Positions 21,387 to 31,478 of a stretch of 43,809 nucleotides of DNA are shown piece after piece. Each line of letters starts with the position of its first letter. Position 1 is the first letter of the stretch. A program made the translations under genes and the position numbers. The DNA comes from Candidatus Coprovivens sp. (GTDB lineage Bacteria; Bacillota_I; Bacilli_A; RF39; UBA660): the NCBI GenBank assembly GCA_045654965.1, contig JAZOOK010000155.1:1-43809 (forward strand), given 5' to 3'. The notes below the pieces were generated by a model. It was not told where the DNA came from. It made no database searches and was given only the letters and a program-made list of their open reading frames with translations.

Positions 21387-21818
21387 ATGAATATAGATAA
21401 AAAAATACTAGATTTACTATTAAAAAATGCTGAAAAGGCTTATAAAAAGGGGGAAATTCCTGTTTCAGCAGTCATATTGGATCAAGACGGTAAACTTGTT
21501 AGTTCTGCATTTAATTCAAGACAAAAACAATATAATGTATTAGGACATGCAGAAATAAGTTGTATTTTAAAAGCTGAAAAGAAGCTTCGAGATTGGCGTT
21601 TAGATGGTTATTATATGATTGTTACTTTAGAGCCATGTAATATGTGTTCTATGATAATTAAAGAATCTAGATTAGATAAAGTTTATTATTTTTTACCTAA
21701 GAAAAGTGATAATGAGTCTTGGGAAATAAATATAGATAAAGAACAAATAGATAAATATGATGAATATTCGAAGAAATTTAAAGAATTATTAACAAATTTT
21801 TTCAATAATAAGAGGTGA
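21387..21818 (+). CDS. tadA: tRNA adenosine(34) deaminase family protein
   Basis: GEIPV, HAE, WRL, TLEPCNMC motifs; synteny with ffs and dnaX. Confidence 0.88.
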   Translation: MNIDKKILDLLLKNAEKAYKKGEIPVSAVILDQDGKLVSSAFNSRQKQYNVLGHAEISCILKAEKKLRDWRLDGYYMIVTLEPCNMCSMIIKESRLDKVYYFLPKKSDNESWEINIDKEQIDKYDEYSKKFKELLTNFFNNKR

Positions 21819-21832
21819 AAACCTCTTTTTTT
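21810..21832 (+). terminator. Intrinsic terminator after tadA
   Basis: AAGAGGT-gaa-ACCTCTT followed by a T run. Confidence 0.75.
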
Positions 21833-21833
21833 A

Positions 21834-21850
21834 TGTTATAATAATCCACA
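21834..21850 (+). promoter_or_regulatory. dnaX extended -10 promoter with a DnaA-box-like site at the start region
   Basis: TGtTATAAT at 21834-21842 overlapping TAATCCACA at 21842-21850. Confidence 0.55.
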
Positions 21851-21863
21851 GGAGGTTTTTGAT

Positions 21864-23591
21864 ATGAGCTATAAAGTTTTATATAGAAAATATAGACCTA
21901 ATGACTTTAATAATGTAGTAGGACAGGATTATACTGTTGAGATGCTGAAAAATGCTATAAGTACAGGCAAACATGCCCATGCTTATATATTTACTGGACC
22001 ACGTGGAACTGGTAAAACTAGTAGTGCCAAGATCTTTGCAAAGGCTTTAAATTGTGAAAATACGGTTGATGGGAATCCATGTAATGAATGTTCAGCTTGT
22101 TTAGCGTTCAAGGATAGTCCAGATATTATAGAAATAGATGCTGCTTCTAATAATGGTGTAGAGGAAATAAGGGAACTTATCAACAACGTGAAGTTAGTTC
22201 CATCTAATTTTAAGTATAAAGTATACATAATAGATGAAGTTCATATGCTTACAACTAGTGCATTTAATGCATTATTGCTTACTTTAGAGGAACCGCCATC
22301 GCATGTAGTATTTATTTTAGCTACTACAGATATCCAAGATGTACCTATTACTATACTTTCAAGATGTCAAAGATTTGATTTTAAGCCAGTAAATAAGACT
22401 GCTATAGTTAATCGTTTGAAGCATGTATGTACTGAGGAATCTATTAAGATTACTGATGATGCATTAGAGGAGATTGCTTTGATTTCAGCTGGAGGAATGC
22501 GTGATGCATTAGGAATGCTAGATCAATTAGCTAATGATGATAGTGAAATTACTATAGATATGGTTTCTGATTACTTTGGAAGTGTTTCTGTTAAGAAAAT
22601 TGATGAGTTATTAACAAGTATTGAAGAAAATAATGTAGATAATTTATTAGAAATACTTAAAGTAGTTAAGGAATCAGGTACTAATTATGCTGTATTTATA
22701 GAGAAGCTTATTTCTGAGTTAAGAAAGACTGCAATTGGAATTAAGTCTGGGAAATATAAGCATGATATGTATTTCGATGACATATATAGTATGATTTTTG
22801 ATTTGAATGAATGTTTATGTAATATAAATATTAATATTGATCCTTATGTACTTATTGAAATTGTATTGCTTAAGTATATAAATACGGGAAATAATTCTAG
22901 AGTAGGTTCGGGAAATAATTTTAGTACTTCTAGCAATGTTTCAGTTATTGAAGAAAAGGTAACAAAAAGTTCTACTAAATCTAATAAAAACAATGATGTT
23001 AATGGTACTGAAATAGCAGCGGGAAATAAAACAAACGCCGATACTAAGGGGTCCGAACCAACTACAAAGCCACTAGATAAAGATGTTGATAAAAAGAAAG
23101 TTATCCACAAGAAGAAAGCAAAAATAATAGATTTGAGTGCAAGAATAAATAATTGTTTTGTGGAATGTAGTAAGGATATTAAAGTTTCTTTTGCTAAGGA
23201 ATGGGGAAGTTTTATTAGTTCTTTACTTACTAAAGATAAGAGTTTGATGTCTATATTAGCTGATACTACAATTCTTGCTGCATCAAATACTTATGTTTTA
23301 CTTCAAAGTAAGATAAATAGTACTAATGAACTTATAAATAATTCTATAGATGATCTTGGGAAATATTTTGAAGATTATTCAGGAAATAAAGTTAAGTTTG
23401 CTGCTTTAACCGAAGAAATATGGCAAAAAGAGATGGAAAATTATAGAAATAATATTAAGAATGGAATAAAATATAATTATATAGAAGAAAAAGAGGAAAA
23501 ATCAGAGGAATCTAATGAAGATGTTGTTGTTGCGTCTGATAATATTGAGGATGTAGCAAAGGATATATTTGGTTCTTTTGAAGTTGAATAG
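21864..23591 (+). CDS. dnaX: DNA polymerase III gamma/tau
   Basis: LYRKYRP, GPRGTGKT, EIDAASN, IIDEVHML, SRCQ motifs. Confidence 0.97.
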   Translation: MSYKVLYRKYRPNDFNNVVGQDYTVEMLKNAISTGKHAHAYIFTGPRGTGKTSSAKIFAKALNCENTVDGNPCNECSACLAFKDSPDIIEIDAASNNGVEEIRELINNVKLVPSNFKYKVYIIDEVHMLTTSAFNALLLTLEEPPSHVVFILATTDIQDVPITILSRCQRFDFKPVNKTAIVNRLKHVCTEESIKITDDALEEIALISAGGMRDALGMLDQLANDDSEITIDMVSDYFGSVSVKKIDELLTSIEENNVDNLLEILKVVKESGTNYAVFIEKLISELRKTAIGIKSGKYKHDMYFDDIYSMIFDLNECLCNININIDPYVLIEIVLLKYINTGNNSRVGSGNNFSTSSNVSVIEEKVTKSSTKSNKNNDVNGTEIAAGNKTNADTKGSEPTTKPLDKDVDKKKVIHKKKAKIIDLSARINNCFVECSKDIKVSFAKEWGSFISSLLTKDKSLMSILADTTILAASNTYVLLQSKINSTNELINNSIDDLGKYFEDYSGNKVKFAALTEEIWQKEMENYRNNIKNGIKYNYIEEKEEKSEESNEDVVVASDNIEDVAKDIFGSFEVE

Positions 23592-23610
23592 AGAAAGAGG
23601 GAAATAAATT

Positions 23611-23904
23611 ATGAATATGCAAGCTTTAATGAGACAAGCTCAACAAATGCAAAAAGATATTACAAAGAAGAAAGATGAATTAAATAAGAAGACTTTTGTT
23701 GGTACTTCTGAATTAGTAGAAGTTACTTTTACAGGAGATAAGAAATTAGTATCTACTAAGATTAAAAGTGATATAGATAATGACGATAAGGAAATAATTG
23801 AAGATATGTTTGTTATAGCTGTTAATGATGCTATGGCTAAGATTGATAAAGAGACTGAAAGTATGTTAGGCGCATATGGAAGTCAATTAGGCGGATTATT
23901 CTAG
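23611..23904 (+). CDS. yaaK: YbaB/EbfC nucleoid-associated protein
   Basis: MNMQALMRQAQQMQ, EDMFVIAVNDA; between dnaX and recR. Confidence 0.93.
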   Translation: MNMQALMRQAQQMQKDITKKKDELNKKTFVGTSELVEVTFTGDKKLVSTKIKSDIDNDDKEIIEDMFVIAVNDAMAKIDKETESMLGAYGSQLGGLF

Positions 23905-23905
23905 T

Positions 23906-24505
23906 ATGGCGTATCCTACTGCTTTATCTGATTTAATTAATTATTTTCGTAAGTTACCAGGCATAGGTGAGAAGAGTGCTGAGAGAATGGCCCTTTCTTT
24001 ACTTGAGTTGACTGGTGAAGATGTAGAGAATTTTGCTGCATCTATGGTAGATAGTAAGAATAATTTGCATCCTTGTGAGGTATGTGGTCATATTACTGAT
24101 AAGGATGTATGTGATATTTGTTCTAATGAACGTCGTAATAAGTCTGTAATATGCATTTTAGAGGATTATAAGAGCGTTTTTGCGTTTGAGAAGGCTGGAA
24201 ACTATAATGGGACGTATCATGTCTTAAATGGGTTAATTTCGCCTATAGATGATATCAATCCTGAAGATATAAATATTTCTAGTTTAATTGATAGAGTAGA
24301 AAAGTTAGAAAATCCTGAATTGATTATAGCTTTAAAGTCTACTATAGAGGGTGAAACTACTACTTTATATTTGAAAAAAATATTCGAAAATAAGAATGTA
24401 GAGATATCTAGATTATCTTATGGTATTCCTATGGGAGCAGAGATAGATTATTTAGATGAAATTACATTGGATAGAGCATTAAGTGATCGTAAAAAAATAT
24501 CATAA
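23906..24505 (+). CDS. recR: Recombination mediator RecR
   Basis: LPGIGEKSAERMA, C4 zinc finger, YHVLNG, EGETT motifs. Confidence 0.97.
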   Translation: MAYPTALSDLINYFRKLPGIGEKSAERMALSLLELTGEDVENFAASMVDSKNNLHPCEVCGHITDKDVCDICSNERRNKSVICILEDYKSVFAFEKAGNYNGTYHVLNGLISPIDDINPEDINISSLIDRVEKLENPELIIALKSTIEGETTTLYLKKIFENKNVEISRLSYGIPMGAEIDYLDEITLDRALSDRKKIS

Positions 24506-24528
24506 TTTTAAATATAAGTTTATATGAT
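24500..24528 (+). promoter_or_regulatory. sigmaE-like promoter for bofA
   Basis: TCATAAT-14bp-TATATGAT. Confidence 0.55.
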
Positions 24529-24543
24529 TATGTAGGTGATTAT

Positions 24544-24726
24544 ATGAAACTTATATTTAAGGTAATTAAGAAATTATGTTTAGGTATATTTAGCATTTAT
24601 AGTGTTAATATATTATTTAGTTTAGTAAATATCATTATTCCAATAAATATTTATACAATTAGTATGAGTTCTTTCTTAGGAATATTTGGAATAATAGGTG
24701 TTATAGCTATGAAGTTTATAATATAG
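24544..24726 (+). CDS. bofA: Pro-sigmaK processing inhibitor BofA (short, 60 aa)
   Basis: Hydrophobic; N...IPINIYT...FLGIFG resembles the BofA IPIN...LGIPG motif; follows recR. Confidence 0.75.
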   Translation: MKLIFKVIKKLCLGIFSIYSVNILFSLVNIIIPINIYTISMSSFLGIFGIIGVIAMKFII

Positions 24727-24737
24727 TAGGTGGTATT

Positions 24738-25571
24738 TTGGTAGAAGCAAGTATCTTAAAAGATGTACTTAAGAGATACCGTGAGGGAAAGTTAGCTCAC
24801 GCTTTTTTGCTTGAAACAAATGATTCAAATAAGTGTTATAAAGATGTTATAGAATTATTAAAGAATCTTAATTGTCCTTTTGAATATAGTGATGATTGTG
24901 ATAAGGAATGTAATATTTGTAGATTAGTAGATACTGATTCTTTACCAAGTTTAATTACTGTAGTTCCTGAAGGTCAATTTATTAAGAAAGACCAAATACT
25001 TAATATGATGGATAAATTTAGTACTAAGCCAGTGTTTACTAAATATAATATGTATGTTATAAGAGAGGCAGATAGATTTAATTCTTCATCTGCAAATACT
25101 TTACTTAAGTTTTTAGAGGAACCAGAAGATAATATATTAGGGTTTTTTATTACGAATAATAAAGAGAATGTTATATCTACTATAAGAAGTAGATGTCAGG
25201 TATTTAGTTGTAATTATGATACTGATATTATGGAATCTTTAGATGAAGAAATACTTACAGATGTTAAGTTATATTTAAATGCTATTTATAAGAATAAAAA
25301 TGATATTCTTTATAATAAAACTCATATGAGTGGCTATTATAAAGAGAGAATTGAGTGGGAAAAGTTTTTCAACACTATGTTGTATTACTTAAAAGATTGC
25401 TATACTTCTAATAGAATTGATAAGATAGAGATGGTTAAGGAAGTTTCTAAAGAAAACTTAATAAAAATGGTAGTAGAAATAGAAACTATTCTTAAATATA
25501 TAAAGAGTAATGGTAATATAGATTTGATATTAGATAAATTTGTAATTGAAATGAGGGAATATTATGGATAA
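24738..25571 (+). CDS. holB: DNA polymerase III delta' subunit (divergent)
   Basis: LAHAFL, SANTLLKFLEEP, TIRSRCQ; TTG start. Confidence 0.9.
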   Translation: MVEASILKDVLKRYREGKLAHAFLLETNDSNKCYKDVIELLKNLNCPFEYSDDCDKECNICRLVDTDSLPSLITVVPEGQFIKKDQILNMMDKFSTKPVFTKYNMYVIREADRFNSSSANTLLKFLEEPEDNILGFFITNNKENVISTIRSRCQVFSCNYDTDIMESLDEEILTDVKLYLNAIYKNKNDILYNKTHMSGYYKERIEWEKFFNTMLYYLKDCYTSNRIDKIEMVKEVSKENLIKMVVEIETILKYIKSNGNIDLILDKFVIEMREYYG

Positions 25572-26367
25572 GATTTATGGAATTACATTAAAGAATGAAG
25601 GAAAGATATATTATTTTAACGGGCAAGATTTAGAATTAGAAAAAGATTCTTATGCAGTTGTAGAAACTGAAAAGGGAATACAAATGGGTAAGATTATGTA
25701 TCTTGCAGATAATGAAAAAGTTAATATTCCTGTAGAAGATATGAAGAAGGTTCTTAGAGCTGCTACTGAAGAAGATAATGATGCTTATTTAAAGAATTTA
25801 GCAGAAGCTGAAAAATGCTTAGAGAAAGCTAGAAAGATAGCTAAAGATCTTGAATTAAAGATGAATATTTTAGATGCAAGTTATACTTTAGATAAAAAAC
25901 AATTATTATTTAATTTTATAGCAGATGAAAGAATAGACTTTAGAGAATTAGCTAAGAAGTTAGCTGCTTCTTATAAAACAAGAATAGAATTACGTCAAAT
26001 AGGAGCTAGAGATAAAGCTAGAACTATTTGTGGTATTGGACAATGTGGAAGACCGTTATGTTGTTCTACATTCTTAAATCATATTGATTCTGTAACTATG
26101 AATATGGCTAAGAATCAAGGAATATCATTAAATCCAAATAAGATTAATGGATTATGTGGTAGATTATTATGTTGCCTTACATATGAAGATGAAGAATATG
26201 TAAGATGTGGTAAAGGATTACCAAATGTAGGTCAAACAGTTAAGACAGACTTTGGTAAAGGTAAAGTAATTAGTGTCGATATTTTAAATAGAAAATATAA
26301 AGCAGATATCGATGGAGTAATAAGGGAGATCGAGTTGGGCTGTGAAGAGTGCGAGCGTAGTAAATGA
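25564..26367 (+). CDS. yaaT: PSP1/stage 0 sporulation protein YaaT (RicT)
   Basis: RIDFRELAK, RIELRQIGARD, GQCGRPLCC, GLCGRLLCCL motifs. Confidence 0.95.
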   Translation: MDKIYGITLKNEGKIYYFNGQDLELEKDSYAVVETEKGIQMGKIMYLADNEKVNIPVEDMKKVLRAATEEDNDAYLKNLAEAEKCLEKARKIAKDLELKMNILDASYTLDKKQLLFNFIADERIDFRELAKKLAASYKTRIELRQIGARDKARTICGIGQCGRPLCCSTFLNHIDSVTMNMAKNQGISLNPNKINGLCGRLLCCLTYEDEEYVRCGKGLPNVGQTVKTDFGKGKVISVDILNRKYKADIDGVIREIELGCEECERSK

Positions 26368-27070
26368 TTTATATGATTATGATGGATTAAAGATATATCA
26401 ATATGAAGATAAATTTAAATTTTCATTAGATTCTATATTATTAGCTGAATTCGTTGAATTAAAGGCAAATACTAGGGTAATAGTTGATTTTTGTACTGGA
26501 AATGCTCCAGTACCTTTAATTCTTACAACGAAGACTAATGCAAGACTATATGGTTTTGAAATACAACCTAATATAGCTAAATTGGCTAAATTGAGTGTAA
26601 GAGAAAATAATTTAGATTCACAAGTTAATATAATAAATGCAAATTTAACAGAAGCATTAGAATATATACTACCTGAAAGTGTAGATGCAGTTACTTGTAA
26701 TCCACCATATTTTAAATATGATAAAAATAAATCATTAATTAATGAAGATGAAGAAAAAGCTATAGCTAGACATGAAATAACAATGAACTTAGAAGAGTTA
26801 ATGACTGCTGCTAAGTATATTTTGAAAAATAAAGCTCCATTATATCTTGTACATAGATGTGATAGATTAGAAGAGATATTAGATTGTTTAGCTAAATACG
26901 GTTTTAAAGTAAAGAAGTTACAATTCATTTACGCTGGATATAAAAAAGAAGCAATAATGGTATTAATTAAAGCTACTAAGAATGGTAAGATGGGTAGTTT
27001 AAAAGTAATGCCTCCAGTAGATGTATTGGAACATAAGAGTTATAAAGGAATATTCGAAAAGGGTGAGTAA
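26342..27070 (+). CDS. yabB: tRNA1(Val) adenine-37-N6 methyltransferase family
   Basis: FSLDSILL, VDFCTGN, CNPPYF, ARHE motifs. Confidence 0.9.
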   Translation: MKSASVVNDLYDYDGLKIYQYEDKFKFSLDSILLAEFVELKANTRVIVDFCTGNAPVPLILTTKTNARLYGFEIQPNIAKLAKLSVRENNLDSQVNIINANLTEALEYILPESVDAVTCNPPYFKYDKNKSLINEDEEKAIARHEITMNLEELMTAAKYILKNKAPLYLVHRCDRLEEILDCLAKYGFKVKKLQFIYAGYKKEAIMVLIKATKNGKMGSLKVMPPVDVLEHKSYKGIFEKGE

Positions 27071-27071
27071 T

Positions 27072-27626
27072 ATGAAGTTAATTATTGGACTTGGTAATCC
27101 TGGTAAAGACTATCAAAATACTAGACACAATGTTGGTTTTCTAGTATTAGATGCCTATTTAAACACTAGTGATTGGAAAGAAAAGTTTAATGCAATGTAT
27201 CATGAAGAAAGAATTAATGGAGAAAAGGTTATATTTGTTAAACCTTTGACATATATGAACTTATCTGGTGATGCAGTTGTAAAATATGTTAACTATTATG
27301 ATGTAAATATAGAAGATATACTTGTCGTACATGACGACTTAGATTTACCTTTTTCGACATATAAACTAAAAAAGAATAGTAGTGCTGGTGGACATAATGG
27401 TATTAAGTCAATAATTAATAGATTAGGTTCACAAGAATTTTTAAGATTAAAAGTTGGTGTATCTCATGATAGATCAATTGATACTAAAGATTATGTATTA
27501 GGTAATTTCTCTAAAGCTGAGAAAGATAAGTTTACTGAAATGCAAAAGACTTTTAATGAAATAATAGAATCTTTTGTTAAAGTTGGTATAGATAGAACAA
27601 TGAATATCTATAATACTAAGAAGTAG
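27072..27626 (+). CDS. pth: Peptidyl-tRNA hydrolase
   Basis: GLGNPG, TRHNVGF, KPLTYMNLSG, GGHNG motifs. Confidence 0.97.
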   Translation: MKLIIGLGNPGKDYQNTRHNVGFLVLDAYLNTSDWKEKFNAMYHEERINGEKVIFVKPLTYMNLSGDAVVKYVNYYDVNIEDILVVHDDLDLPFSTYKLKKNSSAGGHNGIKSIINRLGSQEFLRLKVGVSHDRSIDTKDYVLGNFSKAEKDKFTEMQKTFNEIIESFVKVGIDRTMNIYNTKK

Positions 27627-27633
27627 GGGTTAT

Positions 27634-30600
27634 ATGGATTTCTTATCTAAATATTTTAATTATGAAAATGGTTTGACTATAAGTGGTTTAACAAAAGAGT
27701 TAAACATTTTTTTCGTGCTTGAAGTATTTAAAAGAGAGAATAAGAATATATTGATATTAGCTAATACTTTATATGAAGCTAATATGTATTATGATTCTTT
27801 AAAGACTTATACTGATGATGTATGTTTATTTCCTATGGATGATTTCTTAACTAGTGTTGCTGTTGCAATATCGCCTGATTTAAAGATAAAGAGATTAGAA
27901 ACGTTAGATACTATTAGAAGTGGTAAAAAAACGATTGTAGTAACTAATTTAATGGGTTATTTAAGGTATTTACCTAATAAGAATGATTCTAGTAATTTAG
28001 AGTATAACTTAAGTTTGGGAAATAATATTAAAAGAGATGAAATATTAGATATACTTGGGAAATATGGTTATGTAAGAGAAAGTATTGTTACTACTACAGG
28101 AGAATTTGCTGTACGTGGTTTTATTATAGATTTATTTATTATAGATGAAGAACATCCTATTAGAATAGAGTTTTTTGGTGATGAAGTAGATTCTATTAGA
28201 TACTTTGATGAATCTACACAATTATCTATTAAAGAAATAGATAGTATTAAGATAAAACCATATACTGAAGTAGAAAGTAATGATAATAGTAGTTTAGTAG
28301 ACTATATGAATGATCCTTGGGTGATGATGATTAATAGGGATCAGATTGAATTAGCTTATGAAAAGTTACTTAATGATATTACTGAATATAATGAAGCGGA
28401 AAATATTTCCCGTAAGCATATGTATGAGATGGATGAGATATCTTATAACAATGTAATGTACCTAAATAGTATAGGTGATACTGAGTTTGGGAAATATTTA
28501 AGTTTTAAGAGTCAAGAAATAGAAAACTTTAATAGTGACTTTGAATTACTTGGGAAATATTGTGAAAAGCAATTAATCGGTGGTAAGACAGTTGTTTTAT
28601 GTTTAAGTAGAGAAAGTCAATTAAAGAGTTTAATTCCTTTTTTACCTAGTTATAAAGTTGTGAAAAAGGGGGAGTTTATTCACAGGGAAATAAATATCTT
28701 ATACAAGAAGATAAATAGTGGGTTTGTATTTGAAGATTATGTAGTAATAGCTGAATCTGATATTGAAAAGATTAAGAATGCAGTTATTAATTATAAGAAC
28801 TCATACCATGTGGGGAAGAAGATTAAGGATTTTGGTCAACTTGCTGTAGGTGATTATGTAGTACATAGTGCTCATGGTATAGGTATTTATAATGGAGTTA
28901 TTACTTTAACTAAGAATGGCTTAAAGAAAGATTATATACAAATTAATTATTCGGGAAATGATAAGATTTATATTCCTGTAGAAAAGATTAGTACTATATT
29001 TAAATATGCTGGTAAAGAAGGTTCAATGCCTAAGTTAGATAAATTAAATAGTACTAGTTGGGTTAAGAAGAAGAGAGAATTACGCAGTAAGATTAAAGAT
29101 ATTAGTGGTGAACTAATTAAGTTATATGCTGCTCGTAGTAGTGTTAAAGGTACTCCGTTTAGAGATTATGCTGAAGAAGCAGTATTTGGTGGGGAATTTA
29201 TTTACAAAGAAACTATAGATCAATTAAAGGCTATAGAAGATATAGATAGAGATTTATCTAGTGAAGTACCTATGGATAGATTATTATGTGGGGATGTAGG
29301 ATTTGGTAAGACTGAAGTTGCTTTTAGAGCTATGTTTAAGACAATAGTTAATAATAAACAAGTATTCTATTTATGTCCGACTACAATACTTTCTAAGCAA
29401 CAATATGAGAATGCTGTAGAGAGATTTAAGAATTATCCAATAGAAATAGCATTACTTAATAGATTTACTTCTCCTAAGGAAACTAAACGTATTTTAGAAG
29501 GATTAGAGAAGGGGACTATTGATTTAGTGTTTGGTACACATCGATTATTGTCTCCAGATATTAAGTTTGCTAAATTAGGTCTTTTAATAGTTGATGAGGA
29601 ACAACGATTTGGTGTTACTCATAAAGAAAAGATAAAAGAATATAAGAATGATGTTAATGTACTTACATTAAGTGCAACTCCAATACCTAGAACACTTAAG
29701 ATGGCATTAAGTGGTTTAAGAGATTTATCTATAATAGATACTCCTCCTACTAATAGGTATCCAGTACAAACTTATGTTATTCAAGATAATGATTTAATAG
29801 TTAAAGATGCTATATATAAAGAGTTATCTAGAAATGGTCAGATATTTGTTTTATATAATAAGGTAGCTTCTATTGAGAGTAAGATGGAACAGTTACATAG
29901 ATTAGTTCCTGAAGCTAGAATAACTATTGCTCATGGTCAAATGAGTAAGAAAGAACTAGAAGATGTAATGGAAGCATTTATTAATCATGAATTTGACATA
30001 TTATTATGTACTACAATAATTGAGACTGGTATTGATATTAGTAATGCAAATACATTAATTATATATGATGCAGATTGTTTTGGTTTATCTCAGTTATATC
30101 AATTACGTGGACGTGTTGGTAGAAGTAATAGAATTGCTTATGCATATTTAATGTATGATAAGAGTAAGATGTTAAATGATATAGCAGTTAAGAGATTACA
30201 AGCTATCAAGGAATTTACTGAATTAGGTAGTGGTTATAGAATAGCTATGAGAGACTTATCAATACGTGGTGCAGGAGATTTACTAGGTTCAGAACAAGCT
30301 GGTTTCGTAGATACTGTTGGTATAGAGTTATATATGCAAATGATTGAAGAAGAAATGCGTCGTATGAAAGGTGAAGTAGTAGAAGAAGATGAAGAAGAAA
30401 CTACTACAAATAGATCATTAGTAGAAGTTGAAACACATATTAGTGATGATTATGTATCTGATGAAGATATTAAGATTGAGATTCATAAGAAGATTAATGA
30501 AATTGATGGATATAAGAAATTATTAGAAATTAAACATGAATTAGAAGATAGATTTGGTAAGATTAGTAAAACTATGGAAATCTATATGTTTGAAGAGTGG

Positions 30601-30867
30601 TTTGAAAAACAAGCTAAAGAGATTGGTATTACTACAGTAAGACAAAGTGATAGAGAAATAGAGATTGAATTACCTAAAGAGTTATCTAGTAAGATAGAAG
30701 GGGATAAGTTCTTTATTAAGGCGTATAATATAAATCCTAGATTTAGATTAAAATACTTACATGAACAAGTAATAATCGCTTTAACTTTATTAAATCAAAA
30801 AGAACATTTCTTATACTATGTAGTTCCATTAATGGAAGAAATTCTAGAGGAAATAAGAGGAAAATAG
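27634..30867 (+). CDS. mfd: Transcription-repair coupling factor
   Basis: GDYVVH, CGDVGFGKTEVA, DEEQRFG, SATPIPRT, QLRGRVGR motifs; TRCF C-terminus. Confidence 0.97.
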   Translation: MDFLSKYFNYENGLTISGLTKELNIFFVLEVFKRENKNILILANTLYEANMYYDSLKTYTDDVCLFPMDDFLTSVAVAISPDLKIKRLETLDTIRSGKKTIVVTNLMGYLRYLPNKNDSSNLEYNLSLGNNIKRDEILDILGKYGYVRESIVTTTGEFAVRGFIIDLFIIDEEHPIRIEFFGDEVDSIRYFDESTQLSIKEIDSIKIKPYTEVESNDNSSLVDYMNDPWVMMINRDQIELAYEKLLNDITEYNEAENISRKHMYEMDEISYNNVMYLNSIGDTEFGKYLSFKSQEIENFNSDFELLGKYCEKQLIGGKTVVLCLSRESQLKSLIPFLPSYKVVKKGEFIHREINILYKKINSGFVFEDYVVIAESDIEKIKNAVINYKNSYHVGKKIKDFGQLAVGDYVVHSAHGIGIYNGVITLTKNGLKKDYIQINYSGNDKIYIPVEKISTIFKYAGKEGSMPKLDKLNSTSWVKKKRELRSKIKDISGELIKLYAARSSVKGTPFRDYAEEAVFGGEFIYKETIDQLKAIEDIDRDLSSEVPMDRLLCGDVGFGKTEVAFRAMFKTIVNNKQVFYLCPTTILSKQQYENAVERFKNYPIEIALLNRFTSPKETKRILEGLEKGTIDLVFGTHRLLSPDIKFAKLGLLIVDEEQRFGVTHKEKIKEYKNDVNVLTLSATPIPRTLKMALSGLRDLSIIDTPPTNRYPVQTYVIQDNDLIVKDAIYKELSRNGQIFVLYNKVASIESKMEQLHRLVPEARITIAHGQMSKKELEDVMEAFINHEFDILLCTTIIETGIDISNANTLIIYDADCFGLSQLYQLRGRVGRSNRIAYAYLMYDKSKMLNDIAVKRLQAIKEFTELGSGYRIAMRDLSIRGAGDLLGSEQAGFVDTVGIELYMQMIEEEMRRMKGEVVEEDEEETTTNRSLVEVETHISDDYVSDEDIKIEIHKKINEIDGYKKLLEIKHELEDRFGKISKTMEIYMFEEWFEKQAKEIGITTVRQSDREIEIELPKELSSKIEGDKFFIKAYNINPRFRLKYLHEQVIIALTLLNQKEHFLYYVVPLMEEILEEIRGK

Positions 30868-30889
30868 ACACAGTGTTGTCTATTTTTTT
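30861..30889 (+). terminator. Intrinsic terminator after mfd
   Basis: AAAATAGACA-cagtgt-TGTCTATTTT followed by Ts. Confidence 0.8.
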
Positions 30890-30918
30890 GCATAATTATA
30901 TCTATTTGAGGAACAATA
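30890..30918 (+). promoter_or_regulatory. sigmaF/sigmaG-like promoter for spoVT
   Basis: GCATA-15bp-GGAACAATA. Confidence 0.6.
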
Positions 30919-30925
30919 ATAGAGA

Positions 30926-31441
30926 ATGGAGAGTCTTATGAATAATGTTAATTTTATAAAGAATATTGATAATCTTGGTAGAATAGTTATACCTATGGAT
31001 ATTAGACGTAAGTTACAGATAAGTACTGGTGATGTTCTTAGTATTACATGTAACGATAAAAGTATTATGTTAACCAAATATAGTAATTTAGATAGTAATA
31101 GTAAAGTAGTAGAGATGATTAAATATTTTGTAGATGATTTTAATATAAAAGTAATACTTACTAATAAAGAATGTGTATTATATTCTAATTTAGTTAATAT
31201 GGGAGCTATGTTAGATAGTAATACTAAGTTATTAGTAAAAAAAGGAAGTAATATAAAATATACTAGTAATACTGGATACTTTGGGGATAGAAAGATTGAA
31301 GGTATTTATAATATGTTACCTATAGTTACTAGTGAAGGTATAGAAGGAAGTATTATAGTTTTTGGTAGTGAAGAAGATAGATCTTATGAGATATGTATGT
31401 TACTTAGTAAGTTAATTATGTTAGAACTAAATATAACTTGA
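30926..31441 (+). CDS. spoVT: Stage V sporulation protein T (AbrB domain + GAF-like domain)
   Basis: IDNLGRIVIPMDIRRKL, LTKYS, PIV...GSIIVF; ~170 aa; follows mfd. Confidence 0.85.
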   Translation: MESLMNNVNFIKNIDNLGRIVIPMDIRRKLQISTGDVLSITCNDKSIMLTKYSNLDSNSKVVEMIKYFVDDFNIKVILTNKECVLYSNLVNMGAMLDSNTKLLVKKGSNIKYTSNTGYFGDRKIEGIYNMLPIVTSEGIEGSIIVFGSEEDRSYEICMLLSKLIMLELNIT

Positions 31442-31466
31442 TTAATAAATAATTTTGTGTTAAATT
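31438..31466 (+). promoter_or_regulatory. sigmaA promoter for the T-box leader
   Basis: TTGATT-17bp-TAAATT with TG extension. Confidence 0.5.
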
Positions 31467-31478
31467 AACTCTATATTT

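Noticed and set aside
24738-24850. holB as a pseudogene because it lacks Walker A
   Set aside because: Delta' is catalytically inactive; the ORF is intact and keeps the SRC motif.
30926-31441. Calling this gene abrB or an antitoxin
   Set aside because: Its length, GAF-like C-terminus, position after mfd and forespore-type promoter fit SpoVT; no toxin gene is adjacent.
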